Assembly (NCBI GenBank): GCA_965203905.1
Contig: CBDBDQ010000005.1
Location: 1,376,001 to 1,440,000 of the forward strand
Direction: 5' to 3'
DNA length: 64,000 bases
Origin: Spirochaetia bacterium
GTDB lineage: Bacteria; Spirochaetota; Spirochaetia; SZUA-6; Bin103
Part shown: positions 1 through 9,296 of the stretch, in pieces
Numbering within the stretch: position 1 is the first letter of the stretch
How the letters are laid out: every line of letters starts with the position of its first letter
Made by a program: the position numbers and the translations under genes
The notes under the pieces: generated by a model
What the model saw: only the letters and a program-made list of their open reading frames with translations
Told to the model about the DNA's origin: nothing
The model's database searches: none

Positions 1-1
1 G

Positions 2-385
2 GTCGGCCAGACCCTGAAGATCCTCAATCCCGACGGCACGCTGCACAACGTGCACGCCTTCTCCAAGGTCAACGCGGAGTTCAACGAGGCGATGCCCAAG
101 TTCCGCACCGAGCTGGAGAAGGTGTTCGACAAGGCGGAGCCGACGCCGTTCGCGGTAAAGTGCGACGTGCACCCGTGGATGAACGCCTGGGCGGCGGTGT
201 TCGATCACCCCTACTTCGCGGTCACCGGCAGCGACGGCAGCTTCACCATCGGCAACCTGCCGGCCGGCACCTACGAGCTGGAGATCTGGCACGAGCGGCT
301 GCCGGCGCAGACCGTCTCGGTGACCGTCGCGGCGGGGGAGAAGGCGACGCTGGACGACATCGTCATGGAGGTGCCCTCGAGCTGA
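2..385 (+). CDS. 5'-truncated cupredoxin/carboxypeptidase-regulatory-like domain protein upstream of cox genes
   Basis: Frame is open from the window edge (VGQTLKILNPDGTLHNVHAF...). Motifs HNVH, KCDVHPWM and GSFTIGNLPAGTYELEIWHE are typical of this oxidase-associated family. Confidence 0.75.
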   Translation, partial: VGQTLKILNPDGTLHNVHAFSKVNAEFNEAMPKFRTELEKVFDKAEPTPFAVKCDVHPWMNAWAAVFDHPYFAVTGSDGSFTIGNLPAGTYELEIWHERLPAQTVSVTVAAGEKATLDDIVMEVPSS

Positions 386-585
386 GCGCGAGCCGCGCGC
401 GGCGGGGGCGAGACGATCCGCGGAAGCGGGGAATGCGGGGGCCGGTGGATGGACAACGGCGCACGGGACCGTATGAGTCGGGCAACCGGGTGAGTGGCCG
501 GGTGAGTGGCGACGATTGTCGAGTGAGGCGAACGAGAGCGCAAGGGAGCTGAACAGGTGACCACGGAACGACAGGCGGACGCGCG

Positions 586-2385
586 ATGAGCAAGGCAGCG
601 CACCCCCCGGCGGCCGGCAACGGCCACGGCGGCGCCCACGGCGCCCACCACGACGACGGTCACGGCCACGGACCGCCGGAGAGCTTCATCCGCAAGTACA
701 TCTTCTCGGTCGATCACAAGACGATCGGCATCCAGTACGGCATCACCGCCATGGTGTTCCTGCTGCTCGGCTTCCTCTTCATCCTGCTGATGCGCTGGCA
801 GCTCGCGTTCCCGGAGCAGGCCATGCCGGTGATCGGCAGACTGTTCGGCGCCACGCGCATGCCCGAGGGGGTGATGCTGCCGGAGTTCTACAACCAGCTC
901 GGCGCCATGCACGGCACCATCATGGTGTTCCTGGGCGTGGTGCCGCTGGCGGTGGGCGCGTTCGGCAACTACCTGGTGCCGCTGCAGGTGGGCGCCCCGG
1001 ACATGGCCTTTCCGAAGCTCAACGCGGCCAGCTACTGGCTCTACTTCGCCGGCGGCGTGATCATGCTGGTCAGCTTCTTCGTGCCGGGCGGCGCCGCCAA
1101 GTCGGGCTGGACCTCCTATCCGCCGCTGGCGGTGATCGAGACGGCGGGCCAGACCTGGTGGCTGCTGGGGATGGTGTTCCTGATCAACTCTTCGCTGCTG
1201 GGCTCGGTCAACATCATCACCACCATCGTGCAGCTGCGCGCGCCGGGACTGCAGTTCATGCGCATGCCGTTCCTGGTGTGGGCGCAGCTCGTCACCAGCC
1301 TGCTGCTGTTGCTGGCATTCCCGCCGCTGGAGGTGGCCGGCGTGATGCAGCTCCTGGACCGGGTGGCCGGCACCAGCTTCTTCATGCCCTCCGGCCTGGT
1401 GGTCAGCGGCGAGGCGTATCCCGGCAGCGGCGGCGGCAGCGCCCTGCTGTGGCAGCACCTGTTCTGGTTCCTGGCCCACCCCGAGGTGTACGTGCTGATC
1501 CTGCCGGCGATGGGCATCGTCTGCGAGGTCCTGGCCAACAACTCGCGCAAGCCGCTGTACGGCTACAAGGCGCTGGTCTACTCGGTGCTGTTCCTCGGCT
1601 TCATGTCCTTCATCGTGTGGGCGCACCACATGTTCCTCACCGGCATGGGCACCGCCATCAGCACCTTCTTCCAGCTCACCACCATGATCATCTCGGTGCC
1701 GTCGATCATCATCCTCACGGTGATGATCCTGTCGCTGTGGGGGGGATCGATCCGCTTCACCACGCCGATGCTGTTCGCGCTGGCGTTCATCCCGATGTTC
1801 GGGATCGGCGGACTCACCGGGCTGCCGCTGGGCCTGTCGGTGTCGGACATCCACCTGCACGACACCTACTACGTGATCGGCCACTTCCACTTCGTGGTGG
1901 CGCCGGGCACCCTGATGGCGCTGTTCGCCGGCGTCTACCACTGGTATCCCAAGGTCACCGGGCGGCGCATGAGCGACACCCTGGGGCGCTGGCACTTCTG
2001 GCCCACGCTGGTGTTCATGTTCGGCACCTTCATGCCGATGTTCGTGCTCGGCATGGCCGGCGTGTCGCGGCGCCTCTGGGACGGCGGCGCCACCTACGCC
2101 CACGCCCAGGACTACCTGTGGCTCAACCAGCTCATCACCTTCTCCGCCTGGGGGCTGGCGCTGGCGCAGGTGTTCTTCATCGTCAACTTCTTCGTCAGCC
2201 TCAGGAGCGGCGAGAAGGTAAAGGACAACCCGTGGCAGGGCACCACCCTGGAGTGGGCCACCAGCTCGCCGCCGCTCGGCCACGGCAACTTCCCGCAGCC
2301 GGTGGAGGTGTATCGCGGGCCCTACGAGTACAGCGTGCCCAAGGCCAAGCGCGACTTCTCGCCGCAGTTCGTGAAAAAGGCGTAG
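586..2385 (+). CDS. ctaD: Cytochrome c oxidase subunit I, A1-type heme-copper oxidase
   Basis: SVDHKTIG, MHGTIMVF, FLAHPEVY, VWAHHMF and LHDTYYVIGHFHF motifs; His/Gly-rich N-terminal extension. Confidence 0.97.
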   Translation: MSKAAHPPAAGNGHGGAHGAHHDDGHGHGPPESFIRKYIFSVDHKTIGIQYGITAMVFLLLGFLFILLMRWQLAFPEQAMPVIGRLFGATRMPEGVMLPEFYNQLGAMHGTIMVFLGVVPLAVGAFGNYLVPLQVGAPDMAFPKLNAASYWLYFAGGVIMLVSFFVPGGAAKSGWTSYPPLAVIETAGQTWWLLGMVFLINSSLLGSVNIITTIVQLRAPGLQFMRMPFLVWAQLVTSLLLLLAFPPLEVAGVMQLLDRVAGTSFFMPSGLVVSGEAYPGSGGGSALLWQHLFWFLAHPEVYVLILPAMGIVCEVLANNSRKPLYGYKALVYSVLFLGFMSFIVWAHHMFLTGMGTAISTFFQLTTMIISVPSIIILTVMILSLWGGSIRFTTPMLFALAFIPMFGIGGLTGLPLGLSVSDIHLHDTYYVIGHFHFVVAPGTLMALFAGVYHWYPKVTGRRMSDTLGRWHFWPTLVFMFGTFMPMFVLGMAGVSRRLWDGGATYAHAQDYLWLNQLITFSAWGLALAQVFFIVNFFVSLRSGEKVKDNPWQGTTLEWATSSPPLGHGNFPQPVEVYRGPYEYSVPKAKRDFSPQFVKKA

Positions 2386-2391
2386 CGACGC

Positions 2392-2997
2392 ATGGTGGAA
2401 ATTCCCTACGATCAACACGACCACCCCGTAACCGGGGTCTACAACGCCAAGCTCGGCATCTGGCTGTTCCTCGCTTCCGAGGTGCTGTTCTTCGGCGCCT
2501 TCTTCTCCACCTACATCCTGCTGCGCATCGGCGCCGGCGGCATCGCGGGGAGCTGGCCCTACGGCGCCGACTACCTCAACGTCACCCTGGCCACCATCAA
2601 CACCGCGATCCTGATCAGCTCCTCGCTGACCATGGTGATGGCGTGGGCGTCGCTCAAGCTGCAGCGCTTCACCGCCTTCCAGGTGTACTTCGGCCTTACC
2701 ATCCTGCTGGCGCTGGCGTTCCTGGTGATCAAGGGCTTCGAGTACAACGAGGAGTTCGTGCACGGGCGCTTCCCGGAGACCAGCACCTTCTTCGCCATCT
2801 ACTTCGCGCTCACCGGGATCCACGGGCTGCACATCCTGCTGGGCGTGGTGGTGAACGTGTACCACCTGTTCTCGGCACCGGCCATCTACCGTGAGAACCC
2901 GGAGAAGATGGCCAACCGCATCGAGGTCGCCGGGCTCTACTGGCACTTCGTCGACCTGGTGTGGATCTTCCTGTTCCCGGTGCTGTATCTGCTATGA
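2392..2997 (+). CDS. ctaE: Cytochrome c oxidase subunit III
   Basis: GIWLFLASEVLFF, LTGIHGLH and LYWHFVDLVWIFLF motifs. Confidence 0.95.
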   Translation: MVEIPYDQHDHPVTGVYNAKLGIWLFLASEVLFFGAFFSTYILLRIGAGGIAGSWPYGADYLNVTLATINTAILISSSLTMVMAWASLKLQRFTAFQVYFGLTILLALAFLVIKGFEYNEEFVHGRFPETSTFFAIYFALTGIHGLHILLGVVVNVYHLFSAPAIYRENPEKMANRIEVAGLYWHFVDLVWIFLFPVLYLL

Positions 2998-3015
2998 GGA
3001 AAGGAGCCTGACGAG

Positions 3016-3366
3016 ATGAGCGCAGAGCATACCGCCGAGCACGTCCAGCAGCAGGTTCGGACCTACTTCATCGTCTTCCTGTCGCTGCTGGTGCTGACCG
3101 TGGTCACGGTTGCGGTGAGCCGCATCCACCTGCCGGTCGCCGCCGGCGTGGTGGTGGCGCTGATCGTCGCCAGCCTCAAGGGCACCCTGGTGGCGGGCAT
3201 CTTCATGCACCTGTTCGACGACAGGTTTCCGTTCATCTTCAAGGTGCTGATCTTCTCCGCGATCTTCTTCATCGTGATGATCGCCCTGTTCCTGTTCGGC
3301 TACTTCGACAGCTTCGCCAGCGAGCGGGCGGTGGTGGAGGCGCCGGTGCTGGAGGAGCACCATTAG
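3016..3366 (+). CDS. ctaF: Cytochrome c oxidase subunit IV (CtaF/CyoD family)
   Basis: Three hydrophobic segments, K..LV...FMHL motif, AGGAG RBS, position after subunit III. Confidence 0.85.
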   Translation: MSAEHTAEHVQQQVRTYFIVFLSLLVLTVVTVAVSRIHLPVAAGVVVALIVASLKGTLVAGIFMHLFDDRFPFIFKVLIFSAIFFIVMIALFLFGYFDSFASERAVVEAPVLEEHH

Positions 3367-3367
3367 C

Positions 3368-3568
3368 ATGTCGCTGAAGGTGGTCCACGTGGTGTTCATC
3401 GCCTGCGCCTGCGCCGGGCTGGCATTCCTGTCGGTGTGGTGCTTCACCCACTTCGCGAACAGCAATCCGCTGCTCGCGATCGGCGGCGGCACCGGCTCCG
3501 CGCTGGCGCTGCTCGGCGTGCTGCTGCTGGAGCGGCGTGTGCTCGCCGCGCTCAAGGAGGTGCACTAG
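3368..3568 (+). CDS. Small two-TM membrane protein in cox operon
   Basis: MSLKVVHVVFI start; 1 bp after the ctaF stop; hydrophobic. Confidence 0.7.
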   Translation: MSLKVVHVVFIACACAGLAFLSVWCFTHFANSNPLLAIGGGTGSALALLGVLLLERRVLAALKEVH

Positions 3569-3834
3569 TGTGGCGCCGCATCCCGCACTCGCTGTACGCG
3601 CTGCCGGCAGCCACGGCCGCCGTGTGGGTGCTCGCCGCGCTGACGCCGCAGCCCGCCGCCGCCTGCGCGGTGTGCTTCGGCACCGCGGATCCCGCGTCCA
3701 TGCAGGGGCTGCAGGCGGGCATCCTGCTGCTGCTGGGGATGGTGGCCCTGGTGTTCGCCGGCGTGGGCGGGTTCCTGCTCGCCGCGCGGCGCCGCATCCA
3801 GCGCCTGCACGGCCAGCCAACGGAGGCACCGTAA
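3568..3834 (+). CDS. Small membrane protein with CxxC (ACAVCFG) after a signal-like segment
   Basis: GTG overlaps the previous stop (TAGTG) with AAGGAGG upstream; CAVC motif followed by a TM helix; ends 1 bp before ctaC. Confidence 0.7.
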   Translation: MWRRIPHSLYALPAATAAVWVLAALTPQPAAACAVCFGTADPASMQGLQAGILLLLGMVALVFAGVGGFLLAARRRIQRLHGQPTEAP

Positions 3835-3835
3835 G

Positions 3836-4618
3836 ATGATCGAGTTCGCACGTTCCATGTGGATGCCGGAGGCGGCCTCCGCCCACGCCGGCCAAGTCGA
3901 CGGCCTGCTCGGCTGGGTACACCTGCTGATGGCCGTGCTGTTCGTCGGGTGGGGCATCTTCTTCTTCTACATCCTGGCCCGGTTCCGGGCGCGCAAGCAG
4001 CCACGCGCCAACTACCACGGCACCCACAGCCACCTGTCGCGCTACATCGAGGGCGCGGTGGCGGTGATCGAGATTGCCCTGCTGTTCGGACTCTCGGTGC
4101 CGGTGTGGGCGCGGCAGATCGCCAACCCGGTGCCCGCGGAAGAGGCCATGACCGTCCGCGTGGTGGGCCAGCAGTTCGCCTGGAACATCCACTATCCGGG
4201 CGCCGACGGCATGTTCGGCGCCACCTCCGTCGACCTGGTGGACGCCGAGGTCAACCCCCTGGGGCTGGACCGCGACGACGTGTTCGCCAAGGACGACGTC
4301 ACCACGGTGAACCAGCTCCACGTGCCGGTGGACACCCCGATCCGCATCGAGCTGTCGGCCTTCGACGTGGTGCACAGCTTCTTCCTGCCCGAGATGCGGG
4401 TGAAGCAGGACGCCATTCCCGGCATGACCATCCCGCTCAGCTTCACCGCCACCGCCACCGGCGAGTGGGAGATCGCCTGCGCCCAGCTCTGCGGCCTCGG
4501 CCACTACCGCATGCGCGGCTTCTTCACCGTCCACGACCAGGTCGGATTCGACGCCTGGATGGCGGAACGCGTGGCCGAGGTAGAGGCAGCCGCCCAGCCC
4601 AGGGGCTTCTTCGACTGA
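3836..4618 (+). CDS. ctaC: Cytochrome c oxidase subunit II
   Basis: QQFAW, DVVHSF and the CuA motif CAQLCGLGHYRM. Confidence 0.95.
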   Translation: MIEFARSMWMPEAASAHAGQVDGLLGWVHLLMAVLFVGWGIFFFYILARFRARKQPRANYHGTHSHLSRYIEGAVAVIEIALLFGLSVPVWARQIANPVPAEEAMTVRVVGQQFAWNIHYPGADGMFGATSVDLVDAEVNPLGLDRDDVFAKDDVTTVNQLHVPVDTPIRIELSAFDVVHSFFLPEMRVKQDAIPGMTIPLSFTATATGEWEIACAQLCGLGHYRMRGFFTVHDQVGFDAWMAERVAEVEAAAQPRGFFD

Positions 4619-4645
4619 CCCGCGTCCGGGCCGGCTTGACGCCGT

Positions 4646-5176
4646 TTACACTCGCGTCAGGCTCTGCAGGGGGCGGTCGCGCAGGCGGGTGCGGCCGTCC
4701 AGCTCGCTGAGCTCGACCACGAACAGCACCCCGGCGACCGCGGCGCCGAGCCGCTCGATCAGGTCGCAGGCGGCGGCCGCCGTGCCACCGGTGGCGAGCA
4801 CGTCGTCGATCAGCACCACCCGGTCGCCGGAGCCGCAGGCGTCGGCGTGGATCTCCAGCGCATCGGTGCCGTACTCCAGGGCGTAGTCCTGGCGCACGGT
4901 GTGATGCGGCAGCTTGCCGGGCTTGCGGATCAGGGCCAGCGGCAATCCCATGCGCTCGGCGAGGGGGGCGCCGAACAGGAAGCCGCGGCTTTCGATGCAG
5001 GCTACGCGGTCGGCGCCGTGGCCCGCGCACTGCTCGGCCAGCCAGGCCACCACCCGCGGGAACAGGTTGCTGGCCGCCAGCAGCGGGGTGATGTCGCGAA
5101 ACAGGACCCCCGGCTGCGGAAAATCGGGCACCGCGCGCAACGCGTCACGCACCCCGATCGCCAGATCATCCGCCAT
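4646..5176 (-). CDS. apt: Adenine phosphoribosyltransferase
   Basis: PDFPQPGVLFRDITPLL, IESRGF, RKPGKLP, YALEYGTD and VVLIDDVLATGGT. Confidence 0.96.
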   Translation of the reverse strand: MADDLAIGVRDALRAVPDFPQPGVLFRDITPLLAASNLFPRVVAWLAEQCAGHGADRVACIESRGFLFGAPLAERMGLPLALIRKPGKLPHHTVRQDYALEYGTDALEIHADACGSGDRVVLIDDVLATGGTAAAACDLIERLGAAVAGVLFVVELSELDGRTRLRDRPLQSLTRV

Positions 5177-5314
5177 CTTCCTCTCCTTTGCGCTTGAGAC
5201 CAAGCCGGACGTAGGTTACTTTATACCGAAGTACCAAGGCGCCGCGAGCATCTGCCCGTACCAGCGAGCCAGAACCAAAGGCCGTGCGGCTCCGAGATAC
5301 CGAGGGAGGGACCC

Positions 5315-5533
5315 GTGGCAAGACGCTCCAAGCACAGTGCACAGAAGAGGCGCCGCGAGCTGGCGCGAGCAGAGAGACGTGAACGCAAGCGCGAGCGGCG
5401 CGCGAACCCCGTAGAGCATGACACGGAGACGCTGATCGCAGAATACCGGGGCCTCAATCTTCCCGGCGACGTGGAGGATGAGGCCGACGACGACGAAGCC
5501 GCAGAGGAGAACGGCGCCGAGGTCGCGCGCTGA
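5315..5533 (+). CDS. Small hypothetical protein, basic N-terminus and acidic C-terminus
   Basis: GGGAGG RBS before GTG; plausible 72-aa product. Confidence 0.6.
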   Translation: MARRSKHSAQKRRRELARAERRERKRERRANPVEHDTETLIAEYRGLNLPGDVEDEADDDEAAEENGAEVAR

Positions 5534-5681
5534 GGTTGCCGGCTGCCGCGGGCAGCCCGCCCCCCGCGCCGGGGAGCCATCATCCCGCCCGCCGGTACGA
5601 CGCGATTTCCCGCCGGGTGGTGTGGCGAAGCTGCCCGTTTCGGTGTAGCATTTCGACAACAACCCTCCAGGAGGTAGACCG

Positions 5682-6872
5682 ATGGCTGAAAACAGAGGGC
5701 TCGCCTACATCGAGCCGGGCGTGGTGGAGATTCAGGACATTGATTTTCCCAAGCTCGCGCTGGGCGACCGCAAGTGTGACCACGGGGTCATTCTCAAGAT
5801 CGTCTCCACCAACATCTGCGGGAGCGATCAGCACATGGTGCGCGGGCGCACCACCGCGCCCCCCGGCCTGATCCTGGGCCACGAGATCACCGGCGAGGTG
5901 ATCGAGGCGGGACACGACGTCGAGTTCATCAACGTCGGCGACATCGTGTCGGTGCCGTTCAACATCGCCTGCGGGCGCTGCCGCAACTGCAAGGAGACCA
6001 AGACCGGAATCTGCCTGAACGTGAACCCGGCCCGTCCCGGCGCCGCCTACGGCTATGTCGACATGGGCGGCTGGGTCGGCGGCCAGGCGGAGTACGTGAT
6101 GGTGCCGTACGCCGACTTCAACGTGCTCAAGCTGCCGGAGCGCGATGTCACCATGGCCAAGATCCGCGACCTGACGCTGCTCTCCGACATCTTCCCGACC
6201 GGCTTCCACGGCGCCTACAGCGCGGGGGTGGGTCCGGGCTCCATCGTCTACGTGGCCGGCGCCGGTCCCGTGGGCCTGGCCTGCGCCACCGGCTGCCAGT
6301 TGCTGGGCGCGGCATGCGTGATCGTCGGCGACATGATCCCCGAGCGCCTGGAGCAGGCGCGCAGCTTCGGCTGCGAAACCGTGGACCTGCGCCAGGACGC
6401 GACCCTGGCCGAGCAGATCGAGCAGATCGTCGGTGAGCCGGAAGTGGACCAGGCGGTGGACTGCGTCGGCTTCGAGGCACGCGGCCACGGCAAGGACGCG
6501 GTGGAGGAGTTTCCCGCGACGGTGCTCAACTCGGTGATGGAGGTGACCCGCGCCGGCGGCGGCATCGGCATTCCCGGCCTCTACGTGACCGGCGACCCGG
6601 GCGGCAAGGACGACAACGCCAAGATCGGCAACCTCGGCATCCGCATCGGCCTGGGCTGGGCCAAGTCGCACCACTTCACCACCGGCCAGTGCCCGGTGAT
6701 GCGCTACAACCGCCAGCTCATGCAGGCGATCCTGTACGACAAGGTGAGCGTGGCGGACAACGTCGGCGCAACGGTGATCTCACTCGATGACGGCCCGCAG
6801 GGCTACCAGGACTTCGACCGCGGCGCCGCCAAGAAGTTCATCATCGACCCCCACGCGATGATCGCCGCCTAG
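5682..6872 (+). CDS. fdhA: Glutathione-independent formaldehyde dehydrogenase
   Basis: STNICGSDQHMVRGRT, GHEITGE, CGRCRNC, LSDIFPTG and GLGWAKSH..TGQCPV; AGGAGG RBS. Confidence 0.93.
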   Translation: MAENRGLAYIEPGVVEIQDIDFPKLALGDRKCDHGVILKIVSTNICGSDQHMVRGRTTAPPGLILGHEITGEVIEAGHDVEFINVGDIVSVPFNIACGRCRNCKETKTGICLNVNPARPGAAYGYVDMGGWVGGQAEYVMVPYADFNVLKLPERDVTMAKIRDLTLLSDIFPTGFHGAYSAGVGPGSIVYVAGAGPVGLACATGCQLLGAACVIVGDMIPERLEQARSFGCETVDLRQDATLAEQIEQIVGEPEVDQAVDCVGFEARGHGKDAVEEFPATVLNSVMEVTRAGGGIGIPGLYVTGDPGGKDDNAKIGNLGIRIGLGWAKSHHFTTGQCPVMRYNRQLMQAILYDKVSVADNVGATVISLDDGPQGYQDFDRGAAKKFIIDPHAMIAA

Positions 6873-7148
6873 ACAGGCGCCGCAACCCACCTGCACCCGG
6901 CCGCCGCGGCACGCCCCGGCGGCCGGTGCCGTTTCAGGCCGCGACCCGAGCCAATTGCGCGCGAACTCGTGCCCGCCGGCCGAGCGGAACCGACTTCGGC
7001 GCCGCTGGCGAGCCTCGCTGCGCGCCCTGCACCGCCATCCCACTTCCACTCGCGAAATGGCGAATTTCTTGTCGGTTTCGCGATTTTTTCGTCGATTCGT
7101 GAATTTGACGAACTGGTTTTTGCCTCATTGCTCTACGATGGCGAACCT

Positions 7149-8045
7149 ATGATGAGACACTTGCGCTTGGCACCGTGCGGGAGGCTGGCGCTCGCGGCCA
7201 TTCTCGTCGCAACGATCCTGGTCGCGTGCGGCCGTGGCGGCGGCATGCCCATGACCACCGATCCGGAGCCGGACCCCGAACCGGCACCTACCCTGGTAGG
7301 GACGTGGCGCACGACCGAGGCCTGGACCGACTACGAGACGGGGGAGGCCAGGACCTCGGTCACCCTGCTGACGTTCATCGGCGGGCGAGCCATCGCGGCG
7401 GAGACCGCGTTCGACCAGCACGGCAACCGCCTGTGGAGCGGGGCCTCCGCAAGCGGCTGGGAGGCGACCGAGACCACGGTTACCCGGCTGTGGTTCGAGG
7501 ACGTCACCTTCGATGGCGACGAGTACGCCCCGGTTCACGGCAGGGTCGAGAAAGCCTACTACTGGGGCAACGACGAGCGCAGCGTGGTGCTCATGCATGC
7601 GTGGTATTGGACTGACGAGTCCTCGACGTTCCTCCGCTATGAGCGGGTGCCGGACGCGATGCCGGACCTGGTCGGCCGCTGGACCAGCACCGAGCCCAGC
7701 CCGGGGAGCACCCTGACGGTAGGGGCGGACGGCTCCGTGGTGTTCGACGAGCCTGGATATCTAGTAGTCGACGAGGATGGCACGGAGGTAGAGGTGACTT
7801 TCCGTCTGGCCGGCACCGGTGCGTTCGATCCCGCCACCGGCTTCCTGACCCTGACGGACGCTACCTTGTCGTCGCTGAACGGGGCGGTCGGACCGGACGA
7901 TCATAGCCATCCCCTGGAGGACGGGACCCGCCTGGCGGTGGCTCCGGCCGTAGACGGCATCGTGCTATCGAACTACTGGGACGAGACAATCGGGGAAGAC
8001 GCTCCGTACGGAGCTTACTGGACACACCTGGCGCGCGCCGAATAG
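7149..8045 (+). CDS. Lipoprotein with two GxW-initiated modules; distant paralog of the array lipoproteins, lacking the Ig domain
   Basis: Lipobox LVAC; PEPDPEP linker; PTLVGTW...TVTRLW...RYERV...LVGRW...LTVGADG...LTLTDAT...YGAYW is colinear with the array proteins. Confidence 0.75.
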   Translation: MMRHLRLAPCGRLALAAILVATILVACGRGGGMPMTTDPEPDPEPAPTLVGTWRTTEAWTDYETGEARTSVTLLTFIGGRAIAAETAFDQHGNRLWSGASASGWEATETTVTRLWFEDVTFDGDEYAPVHGRVEKAYYWGNDERSVVLMHAWYWTDESSTFLRYERVPDAMPDLVGRWTSTEPSPGSTLTVGADGSVVFDEPGYLVVDEDGTEVEVTFRLAGTGAFDPATGFLTLTDATLSSLNGAVGPDDHSHPLEDGTRLAVAPAVDGIVLSNYWDETIGEDAPYGAYWTHLARAE

Positions 8046-8046
8046 G

Positions 8047-9051
8047 TCAGCCAACCAGGCGCTGCAGGGCATGGAGCTGGTCGTCGGTGCCCAGCACGAT
8101 CAGCACGTTGCGGGCCTGGATCGGGGTGCTCTCCAGGGTGGCGGATTCGGAGGTGTTCACCCACTGGCCGCCGGAGCGCTGGATGGCCATCACGGTGGCG
8201 CCGGTGGCGTCGCTCAGCGCCGCTTCCCGGATCGACTTGCCGATCAGCGGCGAGTGCTCCGGCACCAGCACCTCCTCGAGTTGCAGGCCGGTGCGCTCCA
8301 GGTGCGCAACGTCGATGAAGTCCGCCACCGTCGGCCGCAGCAGTGCCGACGCCATGCCGTGGCCGGCGATGCGATAGGGTGACACCACCCGGTCGGCGCC
8401 CGCCAGCCGCAGCTTGTGGATCGAGCGCTGCTCGGTGGCCTGGGTGATGATGGTCAGCTTCGGGTTGAGCTGACGCGCGCTCAGCACCACGAACAGGTTG
8501 GCGTCGTCTTCCCGCAGCGCCGACACCAGTCCGGCGGCGCGCTCGATGCCGGCGGCCTGCAGCGCCTCGTCGTTGCCCGCGTCGCCCTGCACGAACAGCG
8601 CGTCTCGGATCGCGGCGATCTCGCACTCCTCCGGTTCCAGCTCCACCACCACGAAGGGGGCGTGCGAGCGGCTGAACTCCTCCGCCACCCCGCGCCCGAA
8701 CCTGCCGCCGCCACAGATGATGTAGTGGTCGCGAAGCCTGCGAATCGCCCGTTCCATGCGCCTCCTCCTGAAGTCCTGCACCAGGTGTCCCTCGGCCAGG
8801 TAGGCGCCGATGGAGGTCGCCGAGTAGCCGAGGGCCGCCACCGCCAGCACGATGACCGCCACCGCCAGCGCGCGCCCGTGGGCGGAGAGTGGGCGTACCT
8901 CGCCGTAGCCGACCGTGGACACGGTGATCACCGCCATGTAGAGACTTTCGCCCAGCGTCCATCCCTCGACCAGCATGAATCCGGCCGTGGCCCCGAGGGC
9001 GATGCCGGAGAGCGCGACGATGGCGAGGATGATGCGGGTCTGGGCAGTCAT
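8047..9051 (-). CDS. Potassium channel with RCK (TrkA-N/TrkA-C) domains
   Basis: TVSTVGYG selectivity filter; HYIICGGGRFG Rossmann motif; C-terminal TrkA-C. Confidence 0.93.
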   Translation of the reverse strand: MTAQTRIILAIVALSGIALGATAGFMLVEGWTLGESLYMAVITVSTVGYGEVRPLSAHGRALAVAVIVLAVAALGYSATSIGAYLAEGHLVQDFRRRRMERAIRRLRDHYIICGGGRFGRGVAEEFSRSHAPFVVVELEPEECEIAAIRDALFVQGDAGNDEALQAAGIERAAGLVSALREDDANLFVVLSARQLNPKLTIITQATEQRSIHKLRLAGADRVVSPYRIAGHGMASALLRPTVADFIDVAHLERTGLQLEEVLVPEHSPLIGKSIREAALSDATGATVMAIQRSGGQWVNTSESATLESTPIQARNVLIVLGTDDQLHALQRLVG

Positions 9052-9212
9052 GGAGCGGTGGTCTATTCAGATGATCGACCCCCACCGCGCGCCGGCTGAG
9101 CCGGCAGCCGCCGATGCGCCAGCCCCCCGATCCGCCAGCCGTCGCCGTCACCGGGCACCGCGACACTCACCCGCCAGGTGCGCCGCGGGCACGCGTTCGC
9201 CGCGCTCGCCTT

Positions 9213-9248
9213 CAATCGCCGCAATCGCCGCAATCGCCGCAGTCGCCG
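9213..9248 (+). repeat. 9-bp tandem repeat CAATCGCCG x3 plus CAGTCGCCG
   Basis: Read directly in the intergenic region between the divergent K+ channel and RNA ligase genes. Confidence 0.85.
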
Positions 9249-9296
9249 GCAGAGCTTGACGACCACCGGGTTGCATTCGTATGTTCCGCCGCTCGC

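Noticed and set aside
486-509. CCGGGTGAGTGG x2 upstream of ctaD
   Set aside because: Only two copies; nothing links it to regulation.
271-2946. Long antisense or alternate-frame ORFs (e.g. 271..2946, 33469..35463, 45264..47429, 58109..59848)
   Set aside because: Shadow ORFs of well-supported genes in GC-rich DNA, with no recognisable motifs.
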